Made by a program: the position numbers and the translations under genes. Of a stretch of DNA of 64,000 bases, positions 47,646-64,000 are shown piece by piece. Position 1 is the stretch's first letter; each line of letters starts with the position of its first letter. The stretch is from Eledone cirrhosa (lineage: Eukaryota), in contig OZ024742.1 in assembly GCA_964016885.1 (NCBI GenBank), forward strand, positions 109,554,001-109,618,000, in the 5' to 3' direction. The notes beneath the pieces are model-generated. The model was not told the DNA's origin and ran no database searches. It saw only the letters and a list, made by a program, of their open reading frames with translations.

Positions 47646-47987
47646 ATTTTCCCTTCCTAGGGCTAAACGTCCCAGGAACGACAAAATATACAACCTCCTG
47701 CCAGCTAATAAAGGTCTGAAAGGTCGTAAAAGTGACCCGTATGTAAACTGGACCGAAGTAAAAGCGGGAAAATCAAAGACTTGCTGTCTACAATTACTAC
47801 TAAAAAAATAGCAGCCAAGTAGAGCAACAGATTTGTTCTCAACGGACGGAGAAACATATATGTATATATATATGTATATATATATGTATATATATGAATA
47901 TATATATATATGAATATATATATATATATATATTCATATATATATATATATTCATATATATACATATATATACATATGTATATATAT

Positions 47988-52191
<4,204 letters not shown>

Positions 52192-52221
52192 TCATATATA
52201 TATATTCATATATATATATTC

Positions 52222-52254
<33 letters not shown>

Positions 52255-52335
52255 CATATATAAATATATATATACATATATATATATATACATATATAAA
52301 TATATATATACATATATATATATATACATATATAA

Positions 52336-52448
<113 letters not shown>

Positions 52449-52452
52449 CATA

Positions 52453-52537
<85 letters not shown>

Positions 52538-52542
<5 letters not shown>

Positions 52543-53950
52543 ATTGGATACTTAGTAAAATCGAATCTCTGGCGGTTTGCAAGCAAATTCGGCTTACTAT
52601 ATGAAATAATTGTTTCTACTTTAGGCATAAGGCCAGCAAATTGTGCAGTACATTACTGGTACTTTATTTTATCGACCCCGTCGTAAGGATGAAAGGCAAA
52701 GTTAACCTCGGCGGGATTTGAAATCAGATCATAAAGGGACGTAACTGTGCTGGAAAGCATGGCGTCCGACCCTCTACCGATACTGCCAATCCACCATGAA
52801 ATAATGAGTTAGCAAAGCACTCGATAAGGTAGGTCCTTAGAATAATAACATACGTTTAAATAGCTTGATAAATCGAACATTGTGGTAGACAAAATCTAAC
52901 ACACAATATACCAAAGTAACGAAAGAACTAACAGGTTGAGAATAATACACCTGGACAAATCAAACGTTATACGTTTAAAGTGTTTCTATGAAACCGAAAT
53001 CAAATATCAGACTTACGTGACTGGCAAGCTCGTGGTATTCATGATCGAACAGAGGATTCAGTTCATCAACAGGTTTTCGTTCTACCAAAGACGGGGCGAA
53101 AAGGCTAAATGTTGCTAAGCTACAGCGTATCGTATCTTTAGATGTCACGTATTATTTCCCACAAGGGAAATAAACCCCGGTTTTTGGCGAGTCATTCAAA
53201 ATGTTAGACAAAGGAAATATTTTAATTTTCGCTAATCATCAGAATAAGCTCTCGACCAGTTGTTATAAAACAAACACAAATAATTAACCAACAACAGAAT
53301 TGTCTAATTAAATTAATTAATTAAATATTAAATCTAGGAGAATAATATAATTGGATACTTAGTAAAATCGAATCTCTGGCGGTTTGCAAGCAAATTCGGC
53401 TTACTATATGAAATAATGAGTTAGCAAAGCACTCGATAAGGTAGGTCCTTAGAGTAATAACACACATTTAAATAGCTTGACAAATCGAACATTGTGGTAG
53501 GCAAAATCTAACACACAATATACCAAAGTAACGAAAGAACTAACAGGTTGAGAAAAATACACCTGGACAAATCAAACGTTATACGTTTAAAGTGTTTCTA
53601 TGAAACCGAAATCAAATATCGGACTTACGTGACTGGCAAGCTCGTGGTATTCATGATCGAACAGAGGATTCAGTTCATCAACAGGTTTTCGTTCTACCAA
53701 AGACGGGGAGAAAAGGCTAAATGTTGTTGCTAAGCTGCAGCGTATCGTATCTTTAGCTGTCACGTGTTATTTCCCACAAGGGGAATAACCCCCGGTTTTT
53801 GGCGGGTCATTCAAAATGTTAGACAAAGGAAATATTTTAATTTCCGCTAATCATCGAATAAGCTCTCGACCAGATGTTATAAAACAAACACAAATAATTA
53901 TCCAATCAACAGAATTATCTAATTAAATTAATTAGTTAATTATTAAATCT
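52538..53950. repeat. Tandem dimer of a ~605-bp element flanked by (TA)n
   Basis: ataattggatacttagtaaaatcgaatc at ~52540 and ~53347; a diverged relative lies at ~59805-59990. Confidence 0.85.
52611..52795 (-). mobile_element. SINE family 1 inserted in the first dimer unit
   Basis: TSD atgaaataat at 52601-52610 and 52796-52805; empty site at ~53408. Confidence 0.92.
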
Positions 53951-53953
53951 GCA

Positions 53954-54013
<60 letters not shown>

Positions 54014-54046
54014 ATAAGAATCAAAGAACTGTTCAAAACATTATTG

Positions 54047-54093
54047 TGCTTACAGCTGTTTCCTCCAAACCGAGGTTTGGTTTCTTCGGAACA
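54047..54093 (-). ncRNA. Minimal hammerhead variant (CCGAAGA)
   Basis: Reverse complement: tgtt-CCGAAGA-aa ccaaacc tc ggtttgg ag-GAAA-cagctg-TA-agca. Confidence 0.6.
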
Positions 54094-54540
54094 ATTTATT
54101 AATGCATGGACAGTTATATGACCTCCTTTTCAGCCGAGAGACATACCGATACATATTCAAACATTGTGGGTCAACATTCATTACAGAATTTAGAGTGGCA
54201 GTACACATTTCGAGATTACATTTATATTAAGAGGTACAATCAAAAATCAAAAATACAGGTTAAAATACAACATGAAGATAAGCGGTTATATAGTGCAAAT
54301 GTTATATGTGTGGCACGCATGTGCGTCTTGTTTATATAGTGTGGCAGAGAGATATGTGTGGTAGAGGCACTTAGGTAGGTAAACAAGAGTGTTAGGTTGG
54401 TAGATCTGGTGGCAAATTCTTTATATGATTGATATAGTCTGTGTGTGGAGAAATGTTATAAGCATTAAAAATAGTGCAAGCATTAAAAGTGTTAAAAGTA
54501 TTGGAGATGCACAGCGTATATGTGTGTGTGTGTGTGTATG

Positions 54541-54572
<32 letters not shown>

Positions 54573-54574
54573 TA

Positions 54575-54960
<386 letters not shown>

Positions 54961-54961
54961 G

Positions 54962-54994
<33 letters not shown>

Positions 54995-55033
54995 GTATAT
55001 ATATGTATATATATATATATATGTATATATATG

Positions 55034-55113
<80 letters not shown>

Positions 55114-55179
55114 TATATATGTATATATATATGTATATATATATATGTATATGTATATATATATGTATATATATATATG

Positions 55180-55210
<31 letters not shown>

Positions 55211-55231
55211 GTATATATATGTATATATATG

Positions 55232-55266
<35 letters not shown>

Positions 55267-55373
55267 GTATATATATATGTATATATATATGTGTATGTAT
55301 ATATATATATGTGTATATATATGTATATATATATGTGTATGTATATATATATGTGTATATATATATGTATATA

Positions 55374-55474
<101 letters not shown>

Positions 55475-55544
55475 GTATATATATATGTATATATTGAGTT
55501 AGGAACTGAAAATAGTCTCTTACAACAAAATAGCTCTAAGAAAG

Positions 55545-55601
<57 letters not shown>

Positions 55602-55602
<1 letters not shown>

Positions 55603-56175
55603 CTTTCTTAGAGCTATTTTGTTGTAAGAGACTATTTTCAGTTCCTAACTCAATATATACATTTAATATATTCGGCTCCGTTAATTTGTTAAGCTATTTT
55701 AAATGTCGAGTAAGCTTGGCTGCTATTTCTAGTGGTGTGGGTTTGTGAGGCTCGCTAGGATGCCTTGTGCGCTGTTTTATTTTTTTATATACCATACATG
55801 GATGTGTCTAGGATAGTAATTCATCACCCACTGATGAGCTTGGATTAGTATTTCTATTCACAATTAACTTTGTGAAGCAACAACAAGTTGTCTGGGTGAT
55901 TGGTAGTTACCACAATTCCGGTTTGTATTTATTTTCTTAATTTTTTCTTAAATTGAGACAAACGAACCCAATTGTCTATAGTTAGTATTCTTTTCACCTT
56001 AGCGAATCAGTCCTTTACGATGTGAACACATATATCTATATATCTGTGTTCGCTTTTCTTTTATTTTTTTTTATATTCTATTATAATATACGGCTCAGAA
56101 ATATCTCTTTCTTAGAGCTATTTTGTTGTAAGAGACTATTTTGAGTTCCTAACTCAATATATACATTTAATATAT
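55602..56175 (+). mobile_element. Retrozyme/pLTR-like unit: 70-bp direct repeats 504 bp apart around a hammerhead-like core
   Basis: 55602-55671 is repeated at 56106-56175, with an inverted third copy at 55485-55550. Confidence 0.65.
55823..55900 (+). ncRNA. Hammerhead-like motif, GA of GAAA missing
   Basis: atcaccca-CTGATGA-gctt..aagc-a-acaac aa gttgt-C-tgggtgat; 8-bp stem I and a GUC site. Confidence 0.6.
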
Positions 56176-56188
56176 ATATATATATACA

Positions 56189-56477
56189 GTATTTACGTAT
56201 CCAGAGAGAGAAAAAAAGGGGAGGATAGGTGATACATATAGTTATTTGCCAAGTAGCGTATGCCAAAGGTGCTCGATACTAGTGCCGGCAGTATTAAATA
56301 TTCGAAGTGTTAATATTTAGTGGGCTAGAGGGTTAGCCGAGCGTAAGCACGTGGGAAAGTAAGAAATCGGAGAATAGACCGTTAAAACATGTTTATTTAA
56401 ACCGGGCGAAACGTACGTAGGTGTGTTTTAAATAAACATGTTTTAACGGTCTATTCTCCGATTACTTACTTTCCCAC

Positions 56478-56479
<2 letters not shown>
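56189..56479. mobile_element. Inverted module with hammerhead 3' half at the inversion junction
   Basis: IR at 56349-56401 and 56427-56479; spacer ccgggcGAAAcgtacgTAggtgtg; the tail is repeated at 57852-58008. Confidence 0.65.
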
Positions 56480-56527
<48 letters not shown>

Positions 56528-57092
56528 TAATACAAATATATATATATATTAGAAAGTGAGGTTTTTTTACCAAATGAAAAATAATCGAGGTGTCCTACAC
56601 GAGTGAAAGTATAAGGAAAAAAGATGAAATCGAAAATGCAACTGGAGTCTTATTTTTTTTTTTATATATATATTTATTTGGTTCCTTTACCAGTTTCGCA
56701 GTTCTTCTGCTTTTCAAAAGTAGAGTTGAGATGGAGGGTCTGTGGTTTTTCTCACATCTGGTTGGTCTTTGAATATCACTTGTTTTATATGGAAAAAAGT
56801 GGCTCGAAACGCCAGGTCTTTAGAGAAGTAATTTGATTGGTTGGTGAATAAGTATAAATGAAATGATTAATCTCATTTGCATATGAAGCTGCATAAGTTG
56901 GCTCAACATATAATAAAAAAGAAATAGGATTTCGCTTCAAGCATAGCTTTATACAATATGTATAAATCCTATTTCTTTTTTATTATAAATTGAGCCAACT
57001 TATGCAGCTTCATATGCAAATGAGATTAATCAGACGAGAAAAGTATATATTCTCGCTGTCTTCTAGTCCAGCAGTCGCAAGCGGTGTGAGGG

Positions 57093-57136
57093 ACCGTCCT
57101 GACGAAGGCCAGTTAAGCCTGAAATGCATAGACGGT
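57093..57136 (+). ncRNA. Minimal type I hammerhead ribozyme, perfect core
   Basis: accgtc-CTGACGA-aggc cagttaa gcct-GAAA-tgca-TA-gacggt; 6-bp stem I, 4-bp stem II, palindromic ATGCAT. Confidence 0.85.
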
Positions 57137-57250
57137 TGACTCCTTGCTTCTACCACCAGAGGGCGTTAGCCCCCCCCCCCCGTAGCTTGCATAGCTACGG
57201 CTTCCTAAAACCGTATTTCTTTGGAGATACGAAATATTTATACATACATA

Positions 57251-57283
<33 letters not shown>

Positions 57284-57286
<3 letters not shown>

Positions 57287-57729
57287 CGGGTAAAATTCCC
57301 GTGATCCATGGACGAGTTCTCTCCAGCGGTCTCTGTCCCTCATCATCGCTGCCATGTCCTGCGTCGCCAACAGACCAGTGTCTGTCCTTAGGGCATCAAC
57401 ATACGTTAACCTTGGTCTTCCTCTTCCAGTGTGTCCATGTAGGGGCTCCCACAGGAGCACTGAGTGTAATCTCAACTGTCGGTGAGCATGTCCAGCTAAC
57501 CTCAGTCTCCTCTGTGTCACTTTTGAGCTGACTTTTGGGAGGCTCCCATACAGCTCTGAGTTTTTCATCCTCAGTGTATACTGATTAATGTTCAGAGCCA
57601 TCCTCAGCATTCTCGTGTAGCACCCATCCACCATCTGAGTGAGTTTCTTCGTCAGTGTCCAAGTCTCAGACCCGTACAGCAGCACAGACTCCACTACAGC
57701 AATAAAAAAGCGGATTTTCAGGTCTTTAC
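57284..57729 (-). pseudogene. RTE-like LINE 3' fragment (RT thumb/C-terminus), open frame, in (TA)n
   Basis: [58 protein letters not shown]. Confidence 0.88.
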
Positions 57730-58008
57730 AAATATATATATATACATATATATATACATACATATATATATACATATATATATATATATACATATATACA
57801 TATATATATATATACATATATATACATATATACATATATATATATACATATAGTATTTACGTATCGAGAAAGAGAGAAAAAGGAGGGATATGTGATACAT
57901 ATAGTTATTTGCCAAGTAGCGTATGCCAAAGGTGCTCGATACTAGTGCCGGCAGTATTAAATATTCGAAGTGTTAATATTTAGTGGGCTAGAGAGTTAGC
58001 AGAGCGTA

Positions 58009-58408
58009 CATATATACATATATATACATATATATACATATATATACATATATACATATATATACATATATAAATATATATATATATATATATACATATA
58101 TACATATATATACATATATAAATATATATACATATATATATATACATATATATACATATATATATATATATATACATATATATACATATATACATATATA
58201 TATATATATAAATATATATATATATACATATATATATACACATATATATATACATATATACATATATATATACACATATATATATACATATATACATATA
58301 TATATACACATATATATATACATATATACATATATATATACATATATACATATATATATACATATACATATATATATACATACATATACATATATATATA
58401 TATACACA

Positions 58409-58442
<34 letters not shown>

Positions 58443-58523
58443 CACACATATATATATACACACATATACATATACATATATATATATATATACACATATA
58501 TATATACACACATATATATATAC

Positions 58524-58584
<61 letters not shown>

Positions 58585-58607
58585 TACATATATATATACA
58601 TATATAC

Positions 58608-58655
<48 letters not shown>

Positions 58656-58789
58656 ACATATACATACATATATATATATATGTATATATACATATGCATA
58701 TATATATATAAACATATATACATATACATATATACATATATATATATACATATATACATATATATACATATATACATATATACATATAT

Positions 58790-58860
<71 letters not shown>
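58009..58860. repeat. (TA)n/(TACA) array
   Basis: Direct reading. Confidence 0.95.
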
Positions 58861-58863
<3 letters not shown>

Positions 58864-58971
58864 TTGTTGTATGTTTGACTCTGTGTGTATATGTGTGCAA
58901 ACCTGATGTAAGAAAGATTATCTGGTGGTATTTGTTCTATTTATATAAGTATTATTATCAATCAATCTGAG

Positions 58972-59075
<104 letters not shown>

Positions 59076-59499
59076 ATTATTGTAATTGTACGTGTGTGTG
59101 TTAGACTGTATGTGTGTCTATGTAAATGTGTGTAGATGTATATCAATGTATGTGTGTATGTGTGGTTATGTGTCTGTATGTGTCTGTATGTGTATATCTG
59201 TTTGATTGTATGTTTATGTGTATTTGTGCTTTTGTATGTAGATGAGATGGTAAATGAGTACTCCCGTCCTAGGAAAAATACTTTCTCATAAGTCACGATA
59301 TGTGCAAGAATGTGTATATGCATTTGTGTATTCATGTGGCTGTTAGTGCAGGTGCATATCTGTGTATGTGTTTGTGTGATATTGTGTCTGATACGTGTGT
59401 GTATATATGTGTGTATATATGTATGTGTTTGTAAATACGTGTGTGTGTGTGTGTAGATGCGTGGGTGTGTGTATGTGTATGGTTGTCTGTAGATACGCG

Positions 59500-59556
<57 letters not shown>

Positions 59557-59703
59557 AAGACCGTCCCAGAAACATCATACACGTTCATACGTCTCGAAAA
59601 TTCTATTCCTCTAAGCCTCTTCTTTCACGCTTCAAATTGTTTTAAAGTCCAAACAAATATAAACACAACTATGTCTAGACTTTAGAGTTCTAGGTGCAAA
59701 CGT

Positions 59704-59798
<95 letters not shown>

Positions 59799-60216
59799 GA
59801 CAAGTGGAAGCTTAGTAAAATCGAAGCTTTGGCTGTGGCCAAGCAAAGTCGACCTACAATAAGGAATGAGTAGCAAAGTACTCAATGAGGGTAGGTCCTT
59901 AGAGTAATAACATTACGTTTAAATAGCTTGACAAATTGAACATTGTGGTAGGCAAAACCCAACCATACAATACCAAACAACGAAAGAACTATATATATAT
60001 ATAGATATATTTATATTTATTTATTTATTTATATTTATATTGTTATACTTTAAGAGGGTCATGCTGCCAATAAAACCACACGCACCTATTGGTCTTCACA
60101 AATCCTGCTCACGTCATAATTTCCAGTTTACAAATACAAAAACGAAGAATATATATATATATATAAAATAAAATAAAATAAATAAGTCAAATGTTTAAAA
60201 TTTAGCTTCGTTTATT

Positions 60217-60271
60217 ACTGCTATATATATTTCGGTGACAGCCATCTTTGGCTGTGACCTCTTCAGGCAGT
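60217..60271 (-). ncRNA. Type I hammerhead ribozyme (left arm of palindrome)
   Basis: Reverse complement: actgc-CTGAAGA-ggtcacagcca aaga tggctgtcacc-GAAA-tatata-TA-gcagt. Confidence 0.82.
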
Positions 60272-60441
60272 CCGAATTAGTGTGGTATAGACAAGTACAT
60301 ATGTTGTTGAGGTGTATAACCTTGTCAATACTCTGATATAACCTTGAGGTGTATAACCTTGTCAATACCAGTTCCTGGTTGGGTTGTTATTTCACTGAGG
60401 AACTGGAATCATATGTACTTGTCTATACCACACTAATTCGG

Positions 60442-60496
60442 ACTGCCTGAAGAGGTCACAGCCAAAGATGGCTGTCACCGAAATATATAGAGCAGT
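60442..60496 (+). ncRNA. Type I hammerhead ribozyme (right arm, one substitution near the cleavage site)
   Basis: actgc-CTGAAGA-ggtcacagccaaagatggctgtcacc-GAAA-tatataga-gcagt. Confidence 0.72.
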
Positions 60497-60639
60497 AATA
60501 AACGAAGCTAAATTTTAAACATTTGACTTATTTATTTTATTTTATTTTACATTTCTCCGGAGTAACCAAACCAACCTGCGCACTTCGTCGAGTGCTCCAA
60601 TCTGCACACTGTGGTGTTGGTATACAACCAACATATACT

Positions 60640-60720
<81 letters not shown>

Positions 60721-60722
<2 letters not shown>

Positions 60723-60864
60723 TAGAAGTGGTATTTAATTTGTTGGCAGTCCGACAAATATAAATGTTTATAACTGATTTAGAGCACTCAACAGTGTTGG
60801 AGTAAATATTCAATGGTATTAAATAAATATGGTTTTATAAATATAGTTTCCATTTATTTAATAT

Positions 60865-60870
<6 letters not shown>
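60721..60870. mobile_element. Family A pLTR fragment with inversion
   Basis: Homologous to 4513-4760 and 9773-9900. Confidence 0.65.
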
Positions 60871-60910
<40 letters not shown>

Positions 60911-61013
60911 ATAATAATAAAATTGAAGACTAAAATCCAGAGAGGGCTCGATAAGGAAAATATATATCAAATATATAAGAACCGAAGACCAAATATTTTA
61001 ATCTGTTATTTTA

Positions 61014-61077
<64 letters not shown>

Positions 61078-61380
61078 GATTGCTTGTCATTTCGTATTAC
61101 AAAACAATGAACCCTCGATATGTAAACATATATTTTAATGCATGGTATTAGTAATACATTCCAAACTTATGGTTAGCTATGACAATATGCATATTAAACC
61201 TCCGATAAAAGAGAATACGTGTCTTTGTCTATAATGACTATGAAACTGACAGATTTTTTATATATTATTAATACCATAATGCATGTATATATATATATAT
61301 GCGCGCGCGTGTGTGTGTGTATACCTTCAAACTCGTCCAAGTCCAAGCGCCTGATGATTATGCCACACATTTGATCGCTC

Positions 61381-61438
<58 letters not shown>

Positions 61439-62089
61439 CAGAATAAGTGGTATGTTTTTGTCGTTGTTGGACCTAACTCACCTTTTGACGATGAGTGTTC
61501 CAGTTATTCAAACAACACCAGATCCTGCTCACGACATAATGTGTGACATCGCTGGCCACTTGAACTACAGGTACAACTCATTTTCACCAACTTAGTGAAC
61601 TGGAGCTACGTGAAATAGGGTACCCGAAATCGAACTCACCACCTTACGATCCTAAGCCGAACATCCTAACAACAGAACCTCATGCCAACACAATTGCACA
61701 TATAAAAAACATACAAAACTATGCATGCTATATTGAGCTGCTGTGGTCGTTGTTATTTGACTTCCGTCGGTTTGACGCTTCCAGTTGTTCAAACAGCAGC
61801 ACATCCTGCTCATGAAATTAGCATTCTACAAGTAGATCATAGATAGATTCAATGTAACATTGTGTATGACAAAACTGGTCCTTTGAATCACATGTACAGC
61901 ATATTTTTTGCCAGTTGTGTGGACAAAAACCTGTTGAGTAGACAAAATTCATGTATCTCTGTTATGAATACAGTCCAGTAGAATACGAATAGTTTATTCT
62001 TTGCCCAGAAAACCTCTAATATCGATTGGTTTCGTTCTTTCCTGTGGTGTCTTTCACGAACTGATTTGTATTTGTGAGGTAGAGAGGAA

Positions 62090-62310
62090 CTAATTTCCAT
62101 TTGTAAGGTATACATTAAGTGAATTATTTCTGTAAAGTTCGCAAGTATATGGTACATAGTAACTGGACTACAATTGTAAGGTACATACTAGCTAAACTGC
62201 AGCTGTAAGGTGCATTAACTGAACTCCAATTATAAGGTATATACTAGCTAAACTGCAGTTGTAAGGTGCTTTAACCGAGCTGTAATTGTAAGGTACATAC
62301 TAACTGAAAT
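62090..62310. repeat. ~29-bp tandem repeat
   Basis: aactgcag(c/t)tgtaaggtacatactagct recurs. Confidence 0.75.
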
Positions 62311-62879
62311 GCATTTCTTTCTAACGGAAGTCTGTTGCTTACTAAAATTGATTGTTGATGGTGTTTCTGGCACAGACAAGCCGACAGGCAGAGTGATAGA
62401 TGGATATACAGACAGAGAAACAAACATATGGACAGACAAACAGACACACAGATAGATAGATAATATATATATAGAGAGGGAGGGGGGAGAGCATGAGATA
62501 GATAGATAGATAGGCAAATGGAAAGATAGGCATATATACTATTTTTACATTATATTATGAATATCACGTGCTTTTTTCATAATTTTCTGTTATAAATATA
62601 ATCAAATATACAAAAGTTATTTCCAAGGGAGAGAGGCAAAACAAAATTAATTAAAATCTTGCTCAGTACATAATACTGAATCTAAATATTTGCGGTGTTT
62701 GCAATTTTGGGGCGCTTTATCAGTAAATTGTGGTGGTAGTGTTGGCAACCGACCTGGATTCTGTCCTCATTGCCATTCAGTTAAAGGAAATCAATGAATG
62801 GTGTCCGAACAAGGAATTCTACGTGACTTTCTCTCGATATTTTGTACTTAGCAACTCTGGGAGTTCTCTCTCATACTCC

Positions 62880-62943
<64 letters not shown>

Positions 62944-62951
62944 AGTTATAC

Positions 62952-63009
<58 letters not shown>

Positions 63010-63177
63010 AGTTATACCTATCTCTCTCTCTCTCTCTCTCTCTCTCCCTCTTTCTTTCTCTCTCTTTAATTATACCTCTCTGTCTCTCACTCACTCACAT
63101 TGTGTTCAATTGCTTTACTTTTCTTACACTCAAAGTGAGAATTTTGGAAAAACACACGAACAAAAACATCCGAAACG

Positions 63178-63281
<104 letters not shown>

Positions 63282-63621
63282 ACACACACACACACAGCAC
63301 TCAATCAGATGATAATTATAATTAACAAGATAAGCTGATAATATATTAATATATTCCTAAGTACACAGCTGAATTCAACATTCCTGAAATAATTAAATGG
63401 AAGTTTGTTGGTGCTATAAGGGGACAAAACATCATATTGTCTTCTCATACATACATACATACATACATATATTCATACATGCACACATACATACAGACAG
63501 GCAGACAGATAGGCAGGCAGACATGCATACTTACATACATACATATGTACTGGCATGCATGCTAACTTACATACACATACATATATGCATATATACATGT
63601 ATGTGTATATATATATATATA

Positions 63622-63727
<106 letters not shown>

Positions 63728-63728
63728 T

Positions 63729-63788
<60 letters not shown>

Positions 63789-64000
63789 TTCGTGCATATA
63801 TATATATATATATGCATATATAATTCAAATTAAAAGATATATGTATATAGTCATATATCATGAGAGAAACACATAGTATTTTGTACATATATTTAAAGTA
63901 TATAATATTTGGGAACGAGTATATACTTTAAGGTGGAAAGATATTATTTTCCTTACGGTCGCCGATTCATAGTTTGTAAACCGGAGCAAAAATCGATCTA

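Noticed and set aside
53160-53205. Possible SECIS (ATGA..AAAAA..) on the minus strand
   Set aside because: No matching GA quartet, the helix is too short and there is no associated UGA-containing ORF.

Overview
Repeat-dominated, AT-rich eukaryotic DNA, most likely intronic or intergenic sequence from an octopus (inferred from the SINE/RTE complement and the extreme (TA)n/(CA)n/(TACA)n density). No host protein-coding gene can be supported, and almost all long ORFs in the track are microsatellite artefacts. Recognisable content: several RTE-clade LINE fragments (one with an intact 3' ORF ending in three C2H2-type fingers), a ~610-bp non-autonomous RTE derivative in 4 copies, about 15 tRNA-type SINEs (several with clear TSDs), a decayed Tc1/mariner element, a non-autonomous Helitron, several minisatellites and a 200-N gap. 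The main unannotated signal lies in the short islands between (TA)n tracts. They belong to several unrelated families that share one architecture: an inverted repeat plus a minimal type I hammerhead ribozyme (CUGAnGA...GAAA, often with a palindromic stem III). I count 8 intact-core hammerheads, about 7 variant or decayed ones and 5 truncated 3' halves. One of these elements also carries an ATG-less 115-codon GIY-YIG endonuclease frame missed by the ORF track. Together this points to multi-family, (TA)n-nested Penelope-like retroelements/retrozymes. All structures were read by eye and none was computed.
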